Shown piece after piece: positions 1 through 8,254 of a stretch of DNA of 32,000 bases. The stretch's first letter is position 1; each line of letters begins with the position of its first letter. The DNA comes from Staphylothermus marinus F1 (GTDB taxonomy: Archaea > Thermoproteota > Thermoprotei_A > Sulfolobales > Desulfurococcaceae), in the NCBI RefSeq assembly GCF_000015945.1, contig NC_009033.1:60001-92000 (forward strand), read 5' to 3'. A program made the translations under genes and the position numbers. A model generated the notes under the pieces. It did no database searches and was not told where the DNA came from. It was given only the letters and a program-made list of their open reading frames with translations.

Positions 1-2217
1 ACAACTGAGGGAACAGGACTAGTTCATGGAGCACCGGGGCATGGTATGGAAGATTTCACAGTTGCTAAAAAGATTGGAATAGATTTTATTGCTTCACCAA
101 TAGATGATGAGGGCAGATTCACTAATGTAGCAGGTAAATATGCTGGTAAAAAAGTTAGAGAAGCAAATCCCGAAATAATAAAAGATTTAAAGGAGAGAGG
201 GGCTCTTCTACACGCGTCACAAATAACACACAAATACCCTGTTTGTTGGCGCTGTAAAACACCCATAGTTATGAGAGCTACTAAGCAATGGGTACTTAGA
301 GTAACCAAGCTAAAAGAGAAATTGATTAATGAAGCGAAAAAAGTTAACTGGATACCTGACTGGGCACTTGACAGAATGATGCACATGCTCGAAAACTTAC
401 AGGACTGGGTTATAAGTAGGCAGAGATACTGGGGGACACCACTACCTATATGGGAGTGTCCTGAAGGACATAGAATAGTTGTTGGAAGCATTAATGAGCT
501 CGAGAAACATGGGGGTAAGAAGCCTAAGGAGCTTCATAGACCATGGATAGATGAAGTAGAGATAAAATGTCCAATATGTGGTAGACCAATGAAACGCGTG
601 CCTGATGTAATGGATGTATGGTTTGACAGCGCCATCTCATTCTATGCAGCTAATGGTCATCCGGAAAAGCTTCGTTTAGAAGATGTTATATTAGACTTTA
701 TAGTGGAAGGCCATGATCAAATACGTGGATGGTTTTTCTCACTACTACGAGCAGGAGTCCTGGGTTTCCAGAGTAAACCATATAATACGGTCTTAGTTCA
801 TGGATTCGCATTAGACGAGCATGGTAGAGAAATGCATAAGAGTCTAGGAAACTATGTTGGAACAGATGAAGCTATTGAGAGAGCCGGCAGGGACCCGTTA
901 AGGTTCTGGGTTAGCCAAAACACTGTATGGGAGGATCTAAGGTTTTCTTGGAGAGGCATAGATGAGATACGCAGAGACCTAGGCATTGCATGGAACACAT
1001 TCGTTTTCGCCTCCACATATATGAACCTAGACAAATATGATCCTCTTCAGCATAGAATAGATGATTACAAAGAGTTTTTGAGATACGAAGATAAATGGTT
1101 ATTATCACGCATTAATAGTATTGCTAAAAAAATAACGGAAAGCTTGGAGAAATACTATATACATGAAGCAGCTAGAGAACTCCGCAAATTCATAGTTGAA
1201 GATGTTAGCCACTGGTATATCCGCTTAATAAGACCGCGTGTATGGGTCGAGGAGAACACACCTGATAAATTAGCAGCTTATTCAGTTTTATACTATGTTT
1301 TAGAGAAATGGTTGAGAATGATGGCTCCATTCACACCATTCCTAGCCGAGAAAATATATCAAGAAGTCTTTAGGAAAGCTAATCCCGAACTACCATTATC
1401 TATACATTTACTTGATTGGCCAAGCATTGATGATGAATACATTGATGAAGACTTGGAGAAAATAATGAATGTTATTAGGGAGATCTATGAAGCAGCAGCT
1501 GCTGCTAGAATGAAGGCTGGAATAAAGCTTCGCCAACCAGTAAAATCCCTCACAGTCTATACGGATAGGGAAAGAATAAGAGAAGTAACCAGGAAGTATA
1601 GTGGATTACTTGCTAGATTAGTAAATGTTAGAAAAGTAGAGGCTAAACAAGTAGCTGAAATAGGGAAGATAGTGAAATACAAGGTTTCACCGATCTATAG
1701 AGTTATAGGCCCGCTATACCGTAAGCTAGCAAAGAAGGTAATCAATTATATTATGGAAAACCAGGAGAGCATAGCTAGAGATATTATAAGGAAAGGAGAA
1801 CACACAGCATATATTGAAGGACAAGAAATTAAATTAACAAAAGAACAAGTGTTAATTACACCATCATATGTGGAAGGATACAGTGTTGAAGAAAGAGAAT
1901 GGGGAAGTGTAGCTATAGATACTAGGCTCAGCAAAGAAGAAATAGCAGAAGGACTAGCAAGAGATATCATAAGAAGAATACAAGTAATGCGTAAAGAAAT
2001 AAACCTACCACTAGATGCTAAAATAGAAACATATATCTATGCGCCAAGAAAACATGTTGAACTATTAAAACCATATACAGAATACATTAAAAACGAAACA
2101 AGATCAGAAAAACTAACATACCTAGACACGCCCGAGCAACTCGAGAAAATACAAGGATATAGAAAAGAATGGGAAATACAAGGGGAACAATACATTATAG
2201 TAATAAAACAATTATAG
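1..2217 (+). CDS. ileS: isoleucyl-tRNA synthetase, C-terminal ~738 aa (5' end lies upstream of the window)
   Basis: Frame 1 is open from nt 1 (TTEGTGLVHGAPGHGMEDF), so the Met at 46 in the ORF track is internal. Contains the GTGxVHxAPGHG motif typical of IleRS, WVISRQRYWGTPLPIW, a KMSKS-type loop as MHKSLGN, a CPICG zinc knuckle and a long C-terminal extension. Confidence 0.9.
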   Translation, partial: TTEGTGLVHGAPGHGMEDFTVAKKIGIDFIASPIDDEGRFTNVAGKYAGKKVREANPEIIKDLKERGALLHASQITHKYPVCWRCKTPIVMRATKQWVLRVTKLKEKLINEAKKVNWIPDWALDRMMHMLENLQDWVISRQRYWGTPLPIWECPEGHRIVVGSINELEKHGGKKPKELHRPWIDEVEIKCPICGRPMKRVPDVMDVWFDSAISFYAANGHPEKLRLEDVILDFIVEGHDQIRGWFFSLLRAGVLGFQSKPYNTVLVHGFALDEHGREMHKSLGNYVGTDEAIERAGRDPLRFWVSQNTVWEDLRFSWRGIDEIRRDLGIAWNTFVFASTYMNLDKYDPLQHRIDDYKEFLRYEDKWLLSRINSIAKKITESLEKYYIHEAARELRKFIVEDVSHWYIRLIRPRVWVEENTPDKLAAYSVLYYVLEKWLRMMAPFTPFLAEKIYQEVFRKANPELPLSIHLLDWPSIDDEYIDEDLEKIMNVIREIYEAAAAARMKAGIKLRQPVKSLTVYTDRERIREVTRKYSGLLARLVNVRKVEAKQVAEIGKIVKYKVSPIYRVIGPLYRKLAKKVINYIMENQESIARDIIRKGEHTAYIEGQEIKLTKEQVLITPSYVEGYSVEEREWGSVAIDTRLSKEEIAEGLARDIIRRIQVMRKEINLPLDAKIETYIYAPRKHVELLKPYTEYIKNETRSEKLTYLDTPEQLEKIQGYRKEWEIQGEQYIIVIKQL

Positions 2218-2430
2218 AACAAATTAGATCATAGTAAGGGTTCGAGTTTAAACACACTCTTTAAACATGGTTTAATAATATAGGTTTTATTAGCTAGATT
2301 TAATATTTTATCAGCTGTTCTCACAACTAGTTTATTATCCACCATAACTACTGTAAACCCTCCTATTCTTAGTTGAATCTATAGTTTATCATAGTAGTTA
2401 AACTTATTAGTTTAACTAAAACATGTATAA

Positions 2431-2685
2431 TTGGTGATATCTGTGAGTGTTGTTAAAGTTTATAAGAAAGGTATTATTGTTTTGCCAAAGAATATACGTG
2501 AAAAAGCAGGAATCGAGGAGGGAATGCTGCTTAAAGTTTCTGTTGAAAATGGCAAGATCGTGTTGAAACCACTTGATCTATGGGAGAAAGTGTGGGGTTG
2601 CTGTAGAGGCAGAGGAACAGCTGAAAAAGCAGAGTTAGAACTAGATCAGGAGGAAGAAGAGTTTTGGAAAGGGAGAGAGAAGTAA
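2431..2685 (+). CDS. vapB: AbrB/SpoVT-fold antitoxin (VapB-like)
   Basis: 84-aa ORF with an N-terminal SpoVT/AbrB pattern (KGIIVLPKNIREKAGIEEGMLLKVSVENGKIVLKPL) and an acidic tail. It overlaps the downstream PIN gene by 22 nt. The start is uncertain (TTG 2431, GTG 2434 or GTG 2443). Confidence 0.75.
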   Translation: MVISVSVVKVYKKGIIVLPKNIREKAGIEEGMLLKVSVENGKIVLKPLDLWEKVWGCCRGRGTAEKAELELDQEEEEFWKGREK

Positions 2686-3119
2686 TAATTGATACATATA
2701 CTCTTCTAGCCATAGCATACGATGAAGTAAGTAGAAAAGCATATGAGATACTGGAAAATGTACGTGATAGAAAAATCAGAGGCTTAATACCAGTAACTGT
2801 TGTGTATGAATACATTGTTCACTGGTTAAGGGGAAGAATACCTGTTCTCAAAAACATAGATGAAGTATTAACATATTTGAAAACATATTTTAAAATAACA
2901 GATCTAAGCCTTGACGATTATGTGGAAGCGACTCAGATCAAAGTTAGAGGAGATAATATTCTTAAAAAATCAAAAATATCTGGCCTAAGAAATAGGAGAT
3001 TAAGCATAGTTGATTCTACAATAATAGCATTAGCTAAGAGGAAGAATGCTCCTATCATAACGGGAGATAAAGATCTTGAATACGTTGCTAAAAAAGAAAA
3101 TGTTGATGTTATATGGTAA
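2664..3119 (+). CDS. vapC: PIN-domain ribonuclease toxin (VapC-like)
   Basis: 151 aa. The N-terminal IIDTY carries the first PIN acidic residue. The C-terminal IVDSTIIALAKRKNAPIITGDKDL is typical of PIN domains. Paired with the upstream AbrB-type gene. The TTG start is inferred. Confidence 0.75.
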   Translation: MEREREVIIDTYTLLAIAYDEVSRKAYEILENVRDRKIRGLIPVTVVYEYIVHWLRGRIPVLKNIDEVLTYLKTYFKITDLSLDDYVEATQIKVRGDNILKKSKISGLRNRRLSIVDSTIIALAKRKNAPIITGDKDLEYVAKKENVDVIW

Positions 3120-3199
3120 GATAATAAATAATTTATTTTCATCTCTTTATTATATTAAAATTATTATATTAATAAGAAAATCATAGTAGATGATGTAAT

Positions 3200-3604
3200 A
3201 TGGTGGAAAAACTTAACATTGATTTCTTAATTGAGAAAGCTAAGAGTGTTTTAAAGAATAGTTATGCACCATATAGTGGAGTACATGTAGCAGCAGCTGT
3301 TTTAACTAGGAATAATAGTGTTTTTCTAGGCGTCAATGTTGAGAATGCTAGTTATGGTTTAACAATATGTGCTGAGAGATCAGCTATATCAGCAATGGTT
3401 ACCGCGGGTGAAAGGGAACCAATAGCTGTAGCAATTGTTACTGATCTAGATAATCCTATTCCGCCTTGTGGAGCTTGTAGGCAGGTTATAGCAGAGTTTA
3501 ATCTTGAATCAACTATAATAATGCATAGTGTAAAAACAGGCGAGACTATTATAAAGAGTTTGAAAGAATTATTCCCTGATCCATTCAGTCTAGATCATAA
3601 GTAA
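3200..3604 (+). CDS. cdd: cytidine deaminase
   Basis: 134 aa with the zinc-ligand motifs CAERSAI and PCGACRQV of the small homotetrameric cytidine deaminases. Confidence 0.9.
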   Translation: MVEKLNIDFLIEKAKSVLKNSYAPYSGVHVAAAVLTRNNSVFLGVNVENASYGLTICAERSAISAMVTAGEREPIAVAIVTDLDNPIPPCGACRQVIAEFNLESTIIMHSVKTGETIIKSLKELFPDPFSLDHK

Positions 3605-3646
3605 TGATTAGTACTCTATGGACATATATGCATCTGGGTTGGGAAT

Positions 3647-4096
3647 ATGTCGAAACGTAAGAAATCAGTTGAAGCATTGTTATGGCTTGGTCGTGGATTG
3701 ATCCTGCTCGTTGACTATATAATAGTTATAATGATGGTTATTCTAGTGTTTTTCGCAGTATTAATAATCATTAATGATCTACTGAATACTTGGAATAACT
3801 GGAAAACTGCGGGGATGGAGCAGGTACAAATTGTTGCAAATGACGTATTCTTTCTAATAGTGTTCATGGAGATAACGCGTAGTGTGGTGGTCGGTAGGAA
3901 ACAACCTGAAATGTATTTAGTGGCTTTGGCAGAGGTGGGTTTTGTTGTAACTATACGTGAGATCATTGCTGCAGTGATTATGCGTTCATTCTATAATCTA
4001 TTATTGTCATCATTATCATCACTAGTAATTGCTACAGTTCTACTTATAATATACAGGTATGTATTACCTCACAGAACACCCACGGAGAGAAAATAA
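3647..4096 (+). CDS. small integral membrane protein, PsiE-like
   Basis: 149 aa with about 4 hydrophobic helices. The segment FFLIVFMEITRSV...VGFVVTIREII resembles the PsiE (phosphate-starvation-inducible E) family pattern. The assignment is by eye only. Confidence 0.45.
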   Translation: MSKRKKSVEALLWLGRGLILLVDYIIVIMMVILVFFAVLIIINDLLNTWNNWKTAGMEQVQIVANDVFFLIVFMEITRSVVVGRKQPEMYLVALAEVGFVVTIREIIAAVIMRSFYNLLLSSLSSLVIATVLLIIYRYVLPHRTPTERK

Positions 4097-4208
4097 TTGT
4101 AAATAATTACTATTATTACTGGAAGTGTTGATAGAGTTTTTTAAATTGTAGAGGAAAAAGCTACAGATATGTTTTCTTAATTGTTTCTACCTACCATAGT
4201 TTAATATA

Positions 4209-4416
4209 GTGGTTGCCCATGCTTTATTTTTGGATGCTATGGTTGTTTTGGTAGATTGGTTGGGTTCGCTTTATAAACCCCTACTAACATGTATGGTTAA
4301 TGGAATGCAGATGAAGGGCTCTATGTGGTCTATGTGGAGCCCCGATAGCCCCCTCCGTGAAGGGATGAAGCCCCGACCCAAGAGGGGGAAGCCCGTGCAT
4401 AGCATGGGCAACCACT
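4209..4416 (+). mobile_element. tnpB-less miniature element (MITE-like) of the IS family at 18557-19917, copy A
   Basis: Perfect 14-bp terminal inverted repeats: GTGGTTGCCCATGC (4209-4222) and GCATGGGCAACCAC (4403-4416). Contains a left-end-like TTTATTTTTGGATGCTATGGTTGTTTTGG. The GC-rich core at 4305-4416 is near-identical to the tnpB 3' end/right end at 19771-19917. The 75-aa ORF 4209-4436 is an artefact of reading this element. Confidence 0.75.
4270..4277 (+). promoter_or_regulatory. candidate archaeal TATA box inside miniature element A
   Basis: Palindromic TTTATAAA about 30 nt upstream of the conserved core start (4305). The same GGGTTC(G/A)CTTTATAAACCCCT block recurs in the copy at 21.8 kb (TATA at 21852-21859) but is absent from the full-length IS. 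Confidence 0.3.
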
Positions 4417-4691
4417 ATTCTCAACAACTATTCTAGCAAAATTATCTATTCTATAATGCCAGTAATCTGATTTTTCAATGAAATCGTCGAATAAGGTATC
4501 TAAATTATTATTTTTCTTTGATAAGGGTTTTTTATTCAACAATTAAACCTCATCACATTGTTTGTTTAGACAGGTAATTATGTGATCAAATAGATATTTA
4601 AGCGTTAGTCTAAAGTTATATTTTGTCTAATAATTTTATTTTACATAATGGAAAAACTATTAAATTGAAGAATTAATTTTTTAAAATACTG

Positions 4692-5663
4692 GTGATAGAC
4701 ATGATTACTAAGAAGCGAATACTTGCGATAATAATAGTCATAGTAGTAGTTGTAGGTAGTCTATATTATCTAGATGCCCAAGCATCTCTGAGGAAAAATA
4801 TCGTAAGATTAGTTGTTGGAGTAGAACTAAATGATCACTCTGCTGCATTCTGGGTTGCATTAGATAAAGGTTATTTTAGGGATTTGGGTTTGGATGTTGA
4901 ATATAAAACTTTCAGTACTGGATTAGAATTAGCTGTTGCTCTGAGTAGAGGAGATTTTGACATAGCACTTGCATGTATTGGTCCAGTGATGGTTATGTAT
5001 TCAAGAGGGGTCCCAGTTATTCTTGTTGCTATGACTCATTTAAACGGATACTCCATGATCATTGGTACTAAGATAAATAATATACATCAACTAAATGGAG
5101 CTAAGGCATCAGTTTCAGGTCCAGGCTCGCCTGTTTGGTTAATTGCACATATGTTCATGGAAAAATATAATGTTAGTTTTACCTTAGTCAAAATGCCTCC
5201 TTTCATAGCTGTTAATGCATTGCTAAACCACCAGGTTAGCATTAGTTTTTTACCTGAGCATTACGCCACTCTTGCCGTGAAACTGGGGGGTTTCAGGGCA
5301 TTGACGAATCAGGACTTATGGAAAAACATGCCTGGATCAGGTGTTTTTGTCAAGAAAGATTTTTTAAAGGATCACAGAGATCTTGTCGAGAAGTTTGTGT
5401 ATGCTATTTATAGAGCCATACTGTTTATTAAGAATAACCCGGAAGACGCCGCAATTATTGTTGCAAAACATTTAGCATCAACTACAGAAGTTATGGCTGA
5501 TTCTATGAAGTATTTAGATTATACTGTAGAAATAAATGTTTCAGCCATCCAATATTATTCTAAACTTCTACACAAGTATGGTGCTATAGATCATGAAATA
5601 AATGTCGACAATTTTATTGATATAAGCATTCTCGAGGATCTCGGGTTGATGCGTCATGGATAG
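4692..5663 (+). CDS. ABC transporter substrate-binding protein, NMT1/SsuA-like (NitT/TauT family)
   Basis: 323 aa. An N-terminal membrane anchor is followed by an NMT1/THI5-like binding-protein pattern. Overlaps the permease gene by 8 nt. ATG 4701 is a possible alternative start. Confidence 0.65.
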   Translation: MIDMITKKRILAIIIVIVVVVGSLYYLDAQASLRKNIVRLVVGVELNDHSAAFWVALDKGYFRDLGLDVEYKTFSTGLELAVALSRGDFDIALACIGPVMVMYSRGVPVILVAMTHLNGYSMIIGTKINNIHQLNGAKASVSGPGSPVWLIAHMFMEKYNVSFTLVKMPPFIAVNALLNHQVSISFLPEHYATLAVKLGGFRALTNQDLWKNMPGSGVFVKKDFLKDHRDLVEKFVYAIYRAILFIKNNPEDAAIIVAKHLASTTEVMADSMKYLDYTVEINVSAIQYYSKLLHKYGAIDHEINVDNFIDISILEDLGLMRHG

Positions 5664-6402
5664 GATGATCTACTATGTTTTTCTATCAATATTTTTTATC
5701 ATTACTATGTGGTATTTCTTAGCTTTTTATTCTCCAAAATATTTGTTTCCATATCCCCACACAGTATTTTATGCTTCTATAGATTTAATTACTAAAATGG
5801 ACCTATTAGAAAACTTATTGTATTCAACCATAAGAGTCGCCATAGGCTATGTTATTGGTGTGTTTTTAGGTATAGGATTGGGTGTTCTTATTTTGTTAAG
5901 CAGACTTATTCGGAGCTTATTATATCCGATTGTAACTTTTATTGTTATAACTCCTAGTTTTGCATTTATTCCATTACTCATGATATGGATAGGATTAAAT
6001 GATTGGCTAGCGATAACGGCGATTATAATTTGTACAGCGTTCCCTATAATATATGCTTTCATGAGTTCTCATAAATATATTGATCGCGAATTAATAGAAG
6101 CAGCTAGAATCTATGGAGCAACAGACACCTATATAGCAATACATATTATTCTTCCACTCTCAATAACACATTTAGCTACAATACTAAGATATGAAGCAGG
6201 GCATAGTTGGAGACTAGGATTTGTAACTGAATATATAGCATTAAGTAATGGTTTAGGAGCACTAATGATGTATGCTTATTCAACACTAAGAGTTGACGAA
6301 GTGATAGCCTTACTCATAATTATAGGGTTACTAACATATATTTTCCAGCAAACAATTACCCTTATAGAGAATAAGTTGCTGAAAAAATGGTATATAACGT
6401 GA
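5656..6402 (+). CDS. ABC transporter permease (NitT/TauT family)
   Basis: 248 aa, multi-TM, with the EAA loop EAARIYGATDTYIAIHIILPLS typical of binding-protein-dependent permeases. Confidence 0.8.
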   Translation: MDRMIYYVFLSIFFIITMWYFLAFYSPKYLFPYPHTVFYASIDLITKMDLLENLLYSTIRVAIGYVIGVFLGIGLGVLILLSRLIRSLLYPIVTFIVITPSFAFIPLLMIWIGLNDWLAITAIIICTAFPIIYAFMSSHKYIDRELIEAARIYGATDTYIAIHIILPLSITHLATILRYEAGHSWRLGFVTEYIALSNGLGALMMYAYSTLRVDEVIALLIIIGLLTYIFQQTITLIENKLLKKWYIT

Positions 6403-6709
6403 TGTCTTACCTATTTTCAACCGTAGACGGCGCTATTAATTGTTTCTGCTTGTAAAAACTTGGATGATTATTAATTCTATAAACAGATGCTTCAAATAAT
6501 CCCTAAGGAGTCTAACTTGGCAGATAGTGGGAGTGGGGGGAGTATTAGATATATAAGAGGTCGTCTCACTTGGTCTCAAAGTTATAGTAATTAGTATGGG
6601 TGTAGTCGGTATTTTGGATGCATTTATAGGAATGCTTATTTGATCCAGAATGAGTGTGTTATTTCCTTGTTCAATTAATATTGTCAAGTTTAAGCGAATA
6701 TTATTGGTT

Positions 6710-6901
6710 GTAGTTGTCTGTGCTTTATTTTTGGTTGTTTTGGATGTTATGGGTATTTGCAGGGGCTTCCCCCTTTTGGGTTGGGGCTTCATTCCTTCAT
6801 GGTGAGGGTTATTGGGGCTCCAAGGAGCAACTCTCACTCCTCGACCCCCACCAATAAAAAGAACACATAAACAACCATAATATCCAAACAAGCGAATAGT
6901 C
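6710..6901 (-). mobile_element. tnpB-less miniature element, copy B (internal-deletion derivative, most diverged)
   Basis: The reverse complement begins GACTATTCGCTTGTTTGGATATTATGGTT, which matches the IS left end at 18557. It keeps the tnpB SD and start (GGTGGGGGT..GTGAGAGTT). It then jumps directly to TGGAGCCCCAATAACCCTCACCATGAAGGAATGAAGCCCCAACCCAAAAGGGGGAAGCCCCTGC and a right-end inverted copy of the left end. Boundaries are +/-10 bp. Confidence 0.7.
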
Positions 6902-6982
6902 CCTATCCATGCTCGCTTTATAAGCTACTAAACATATATATTGGTTCAGATTAGGTTTAAGGGGCATAGAGGAGGATTTTAA

Positions 6983-8254
6983 TTGTTGCTTATCCATACA
7001 GCAGATCTTCATATTGGTGCTTTTAGCAATAGACCTCTTAGAAACGCTAATGTTGAAGCTTTCGAGAAAATTGCGGATTATACTATTGATAATAAGATTC
7101 CATACTTAGTTATTGCTGGAGATTTCTTTGAGAGACCTAGGATAGAGAATTTTGAGGTTCTTCGCAGAATATATAGGATTTTGAGAAGGTTAAAAGAGAA
7201 CAATATATATGTTGTAAGTATTCCTGGAAGCCATGATTCCTCGCCTAGGGGGGCAGATATACTTACATTACTTAATGAAGCAGGCTTAATACATGTTCCC
7301 ATGTATCAAATCGGTGAAAAACTTGTTTTATACCCTCTCAAGCTAGGAGACATTGTTTTCTACGCTATTCCTGGTCTTAAAAATAACTTGGAAACAATAT
7401 ATCTGCGTGATAGAAAAGTCGTGTTTAAGCAACTAGAAGGTAAGGTAGAGAATATAGTTGTTCTCGCTCATACTAGTGTTAAGTTTGCCGGTTATGATCC
7501 AAGCATTTATAGTTATAGATATGGTAAAGCAGTTATTGAAAACCAGAATATTTTATCTACTCTGCCGAGAAATACAAAATATTTGGCTCTAGGACACATT
7601 CATTTTCCTCTCCCATTATTTGATGAAGCCGTAACCAATATTGCTTATCCAGGAGCTCCTGTTGGTAGAGATGCCAGTGATCTTGAGGAAACGTATCTTC
7701 TACGTAAAAAACATAGTAGAGATAGAAGGTTTCTTCTAATCGATATCAGTGAAGAGAAAACCATTGCTAAAAGTATATGGGAACCGTTTAATATATATGT
7801 TGAGTACATTAAGGATTACTATAAAGGATTCAATGATACTGTTCAAGAGGTTAAAAAAGTCATAAAAGATTTACCGGTAGAAGGATATAATGCGTTAATA
7901 CTTGATATTGAAGGAATACCTTTAGATGATAGGAATAAGTTGATACATAAACTCAGAGAAATAGAGCAGCAAAAAAGGATACTGATACATTTGAAAATGA
8001 GAGGTTTTAGGAACACAAGTGAATTAGAGATTAGTTTTGAGGATATAGGAGATATAGAAGAAATTGAAAGGATAGCAGTTGAAGAATTCGCGAGAAAGCT
8101 CGGTATAAAAGCTTCTCCGCAGAAAATACTTGAGCTAATAAATATTTTGAGCAAGGAAAAATCACCCGATACCAATGAAACGGAGTTTTATGAATCACTA
8201 TTCAAAGAATTGAAACCAATCATGGAGGAGATCCTCGGTGTCAATAAGGATTAA
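6983..8254 (+). CDS. mre11: Mre11-type metallophosphoesterase nuclease
   Basis: 423 aa with calcineurin-like phosphoesterase motifs in order: IHTADLHIG (I), VIAGDFFE (II), PGSHDSSP (III), LAHTS (IV), LGHIHFP (V). TTG start at 6983 with GGAGG at 6971-6975. An AT-rich TATA-like run lies at 6934-6941. Confidence 0.8.
   Translation: MLLIHTADLHIGAFSNRPLRNANVEAFEKIADYTIDNKIPYLVIAGDFFERPRIENFEVLRRIYRILRRLKENNIYVVSIPGSHDSSPRGADILTLLNEAGLIHVPMYQIGEKLVLYPLKLGDIVFYAIPGLKNNLETIYLRDRKVVFKQLEGKVENIVVLAHTSVKFAGYDPSIYSYRYGKAVIENQNILSTLPRNTKYLALGHIHFPLPLFDEAVTNIAYPGAPVGRDASDLEETYLLRKKHSRDRRFLLIDISEEKTIAKSIWEPFNIYVEYIKDYYKGFNDTVQEVKKVIKDLPVEGYNALILDIEGIPLDDRNKLIHKLREIEQQKRILIHLKMRGFRNTSELEISFEDIGDIEEIERIAVEEFARKLGIKASPQKILELINILSKEKSPDTNETEFYESLFKELKPIMEEILGVNKD

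Noticed and set aside
24-491. Long antisense ORFs inside well-supported genes. Examples: 24-491(-), 8507-9001(-), 20299-20724(+), 24908-25510(+), 26579-26983(+), 28014-28397(+).
   Set aside because: Each lies fully within a motif-supported gene on the opposite strand. Their composition is low-complexity and Ser/Leu/Ile-rich, as expected for shadow frames in AT-rich DNA. None has a recognisable motif.
4209-4542. ORFs 4209-4436(+) and 4330-4542(-) as protein-coding genes.
   Set aside because: Both are created by reading through miniature element A. The plus ORF reproduces the TnpB tail without any nuclease domain. The minus ORF has only about 40 codons outside the element and no continuation on the other side.
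6518-6560. Possible relic of the missing ABC ATPase (frame reading LADSGSGGSIRYIRG, reminiscent of a Walker A GxSGSGKS).
   Set aside because: The match is only a few residues, the spacing to the preceding conserved positions is off, stops lie on both sides, and no signature or Walker B remnant follows. It is indistinguishable from chance by eye.
6436-6891. 151-aa minus-strand ORF between the ABC permease and mre11.
   Set aside because: Its N-terminal part is simply a read-through of miniature element B (VRVAPWSPNNPHHEGMKPQPKRGKPLQ). The rest is T/N/I-rich low-complexity sequence. No start context or motif supports a real gene.
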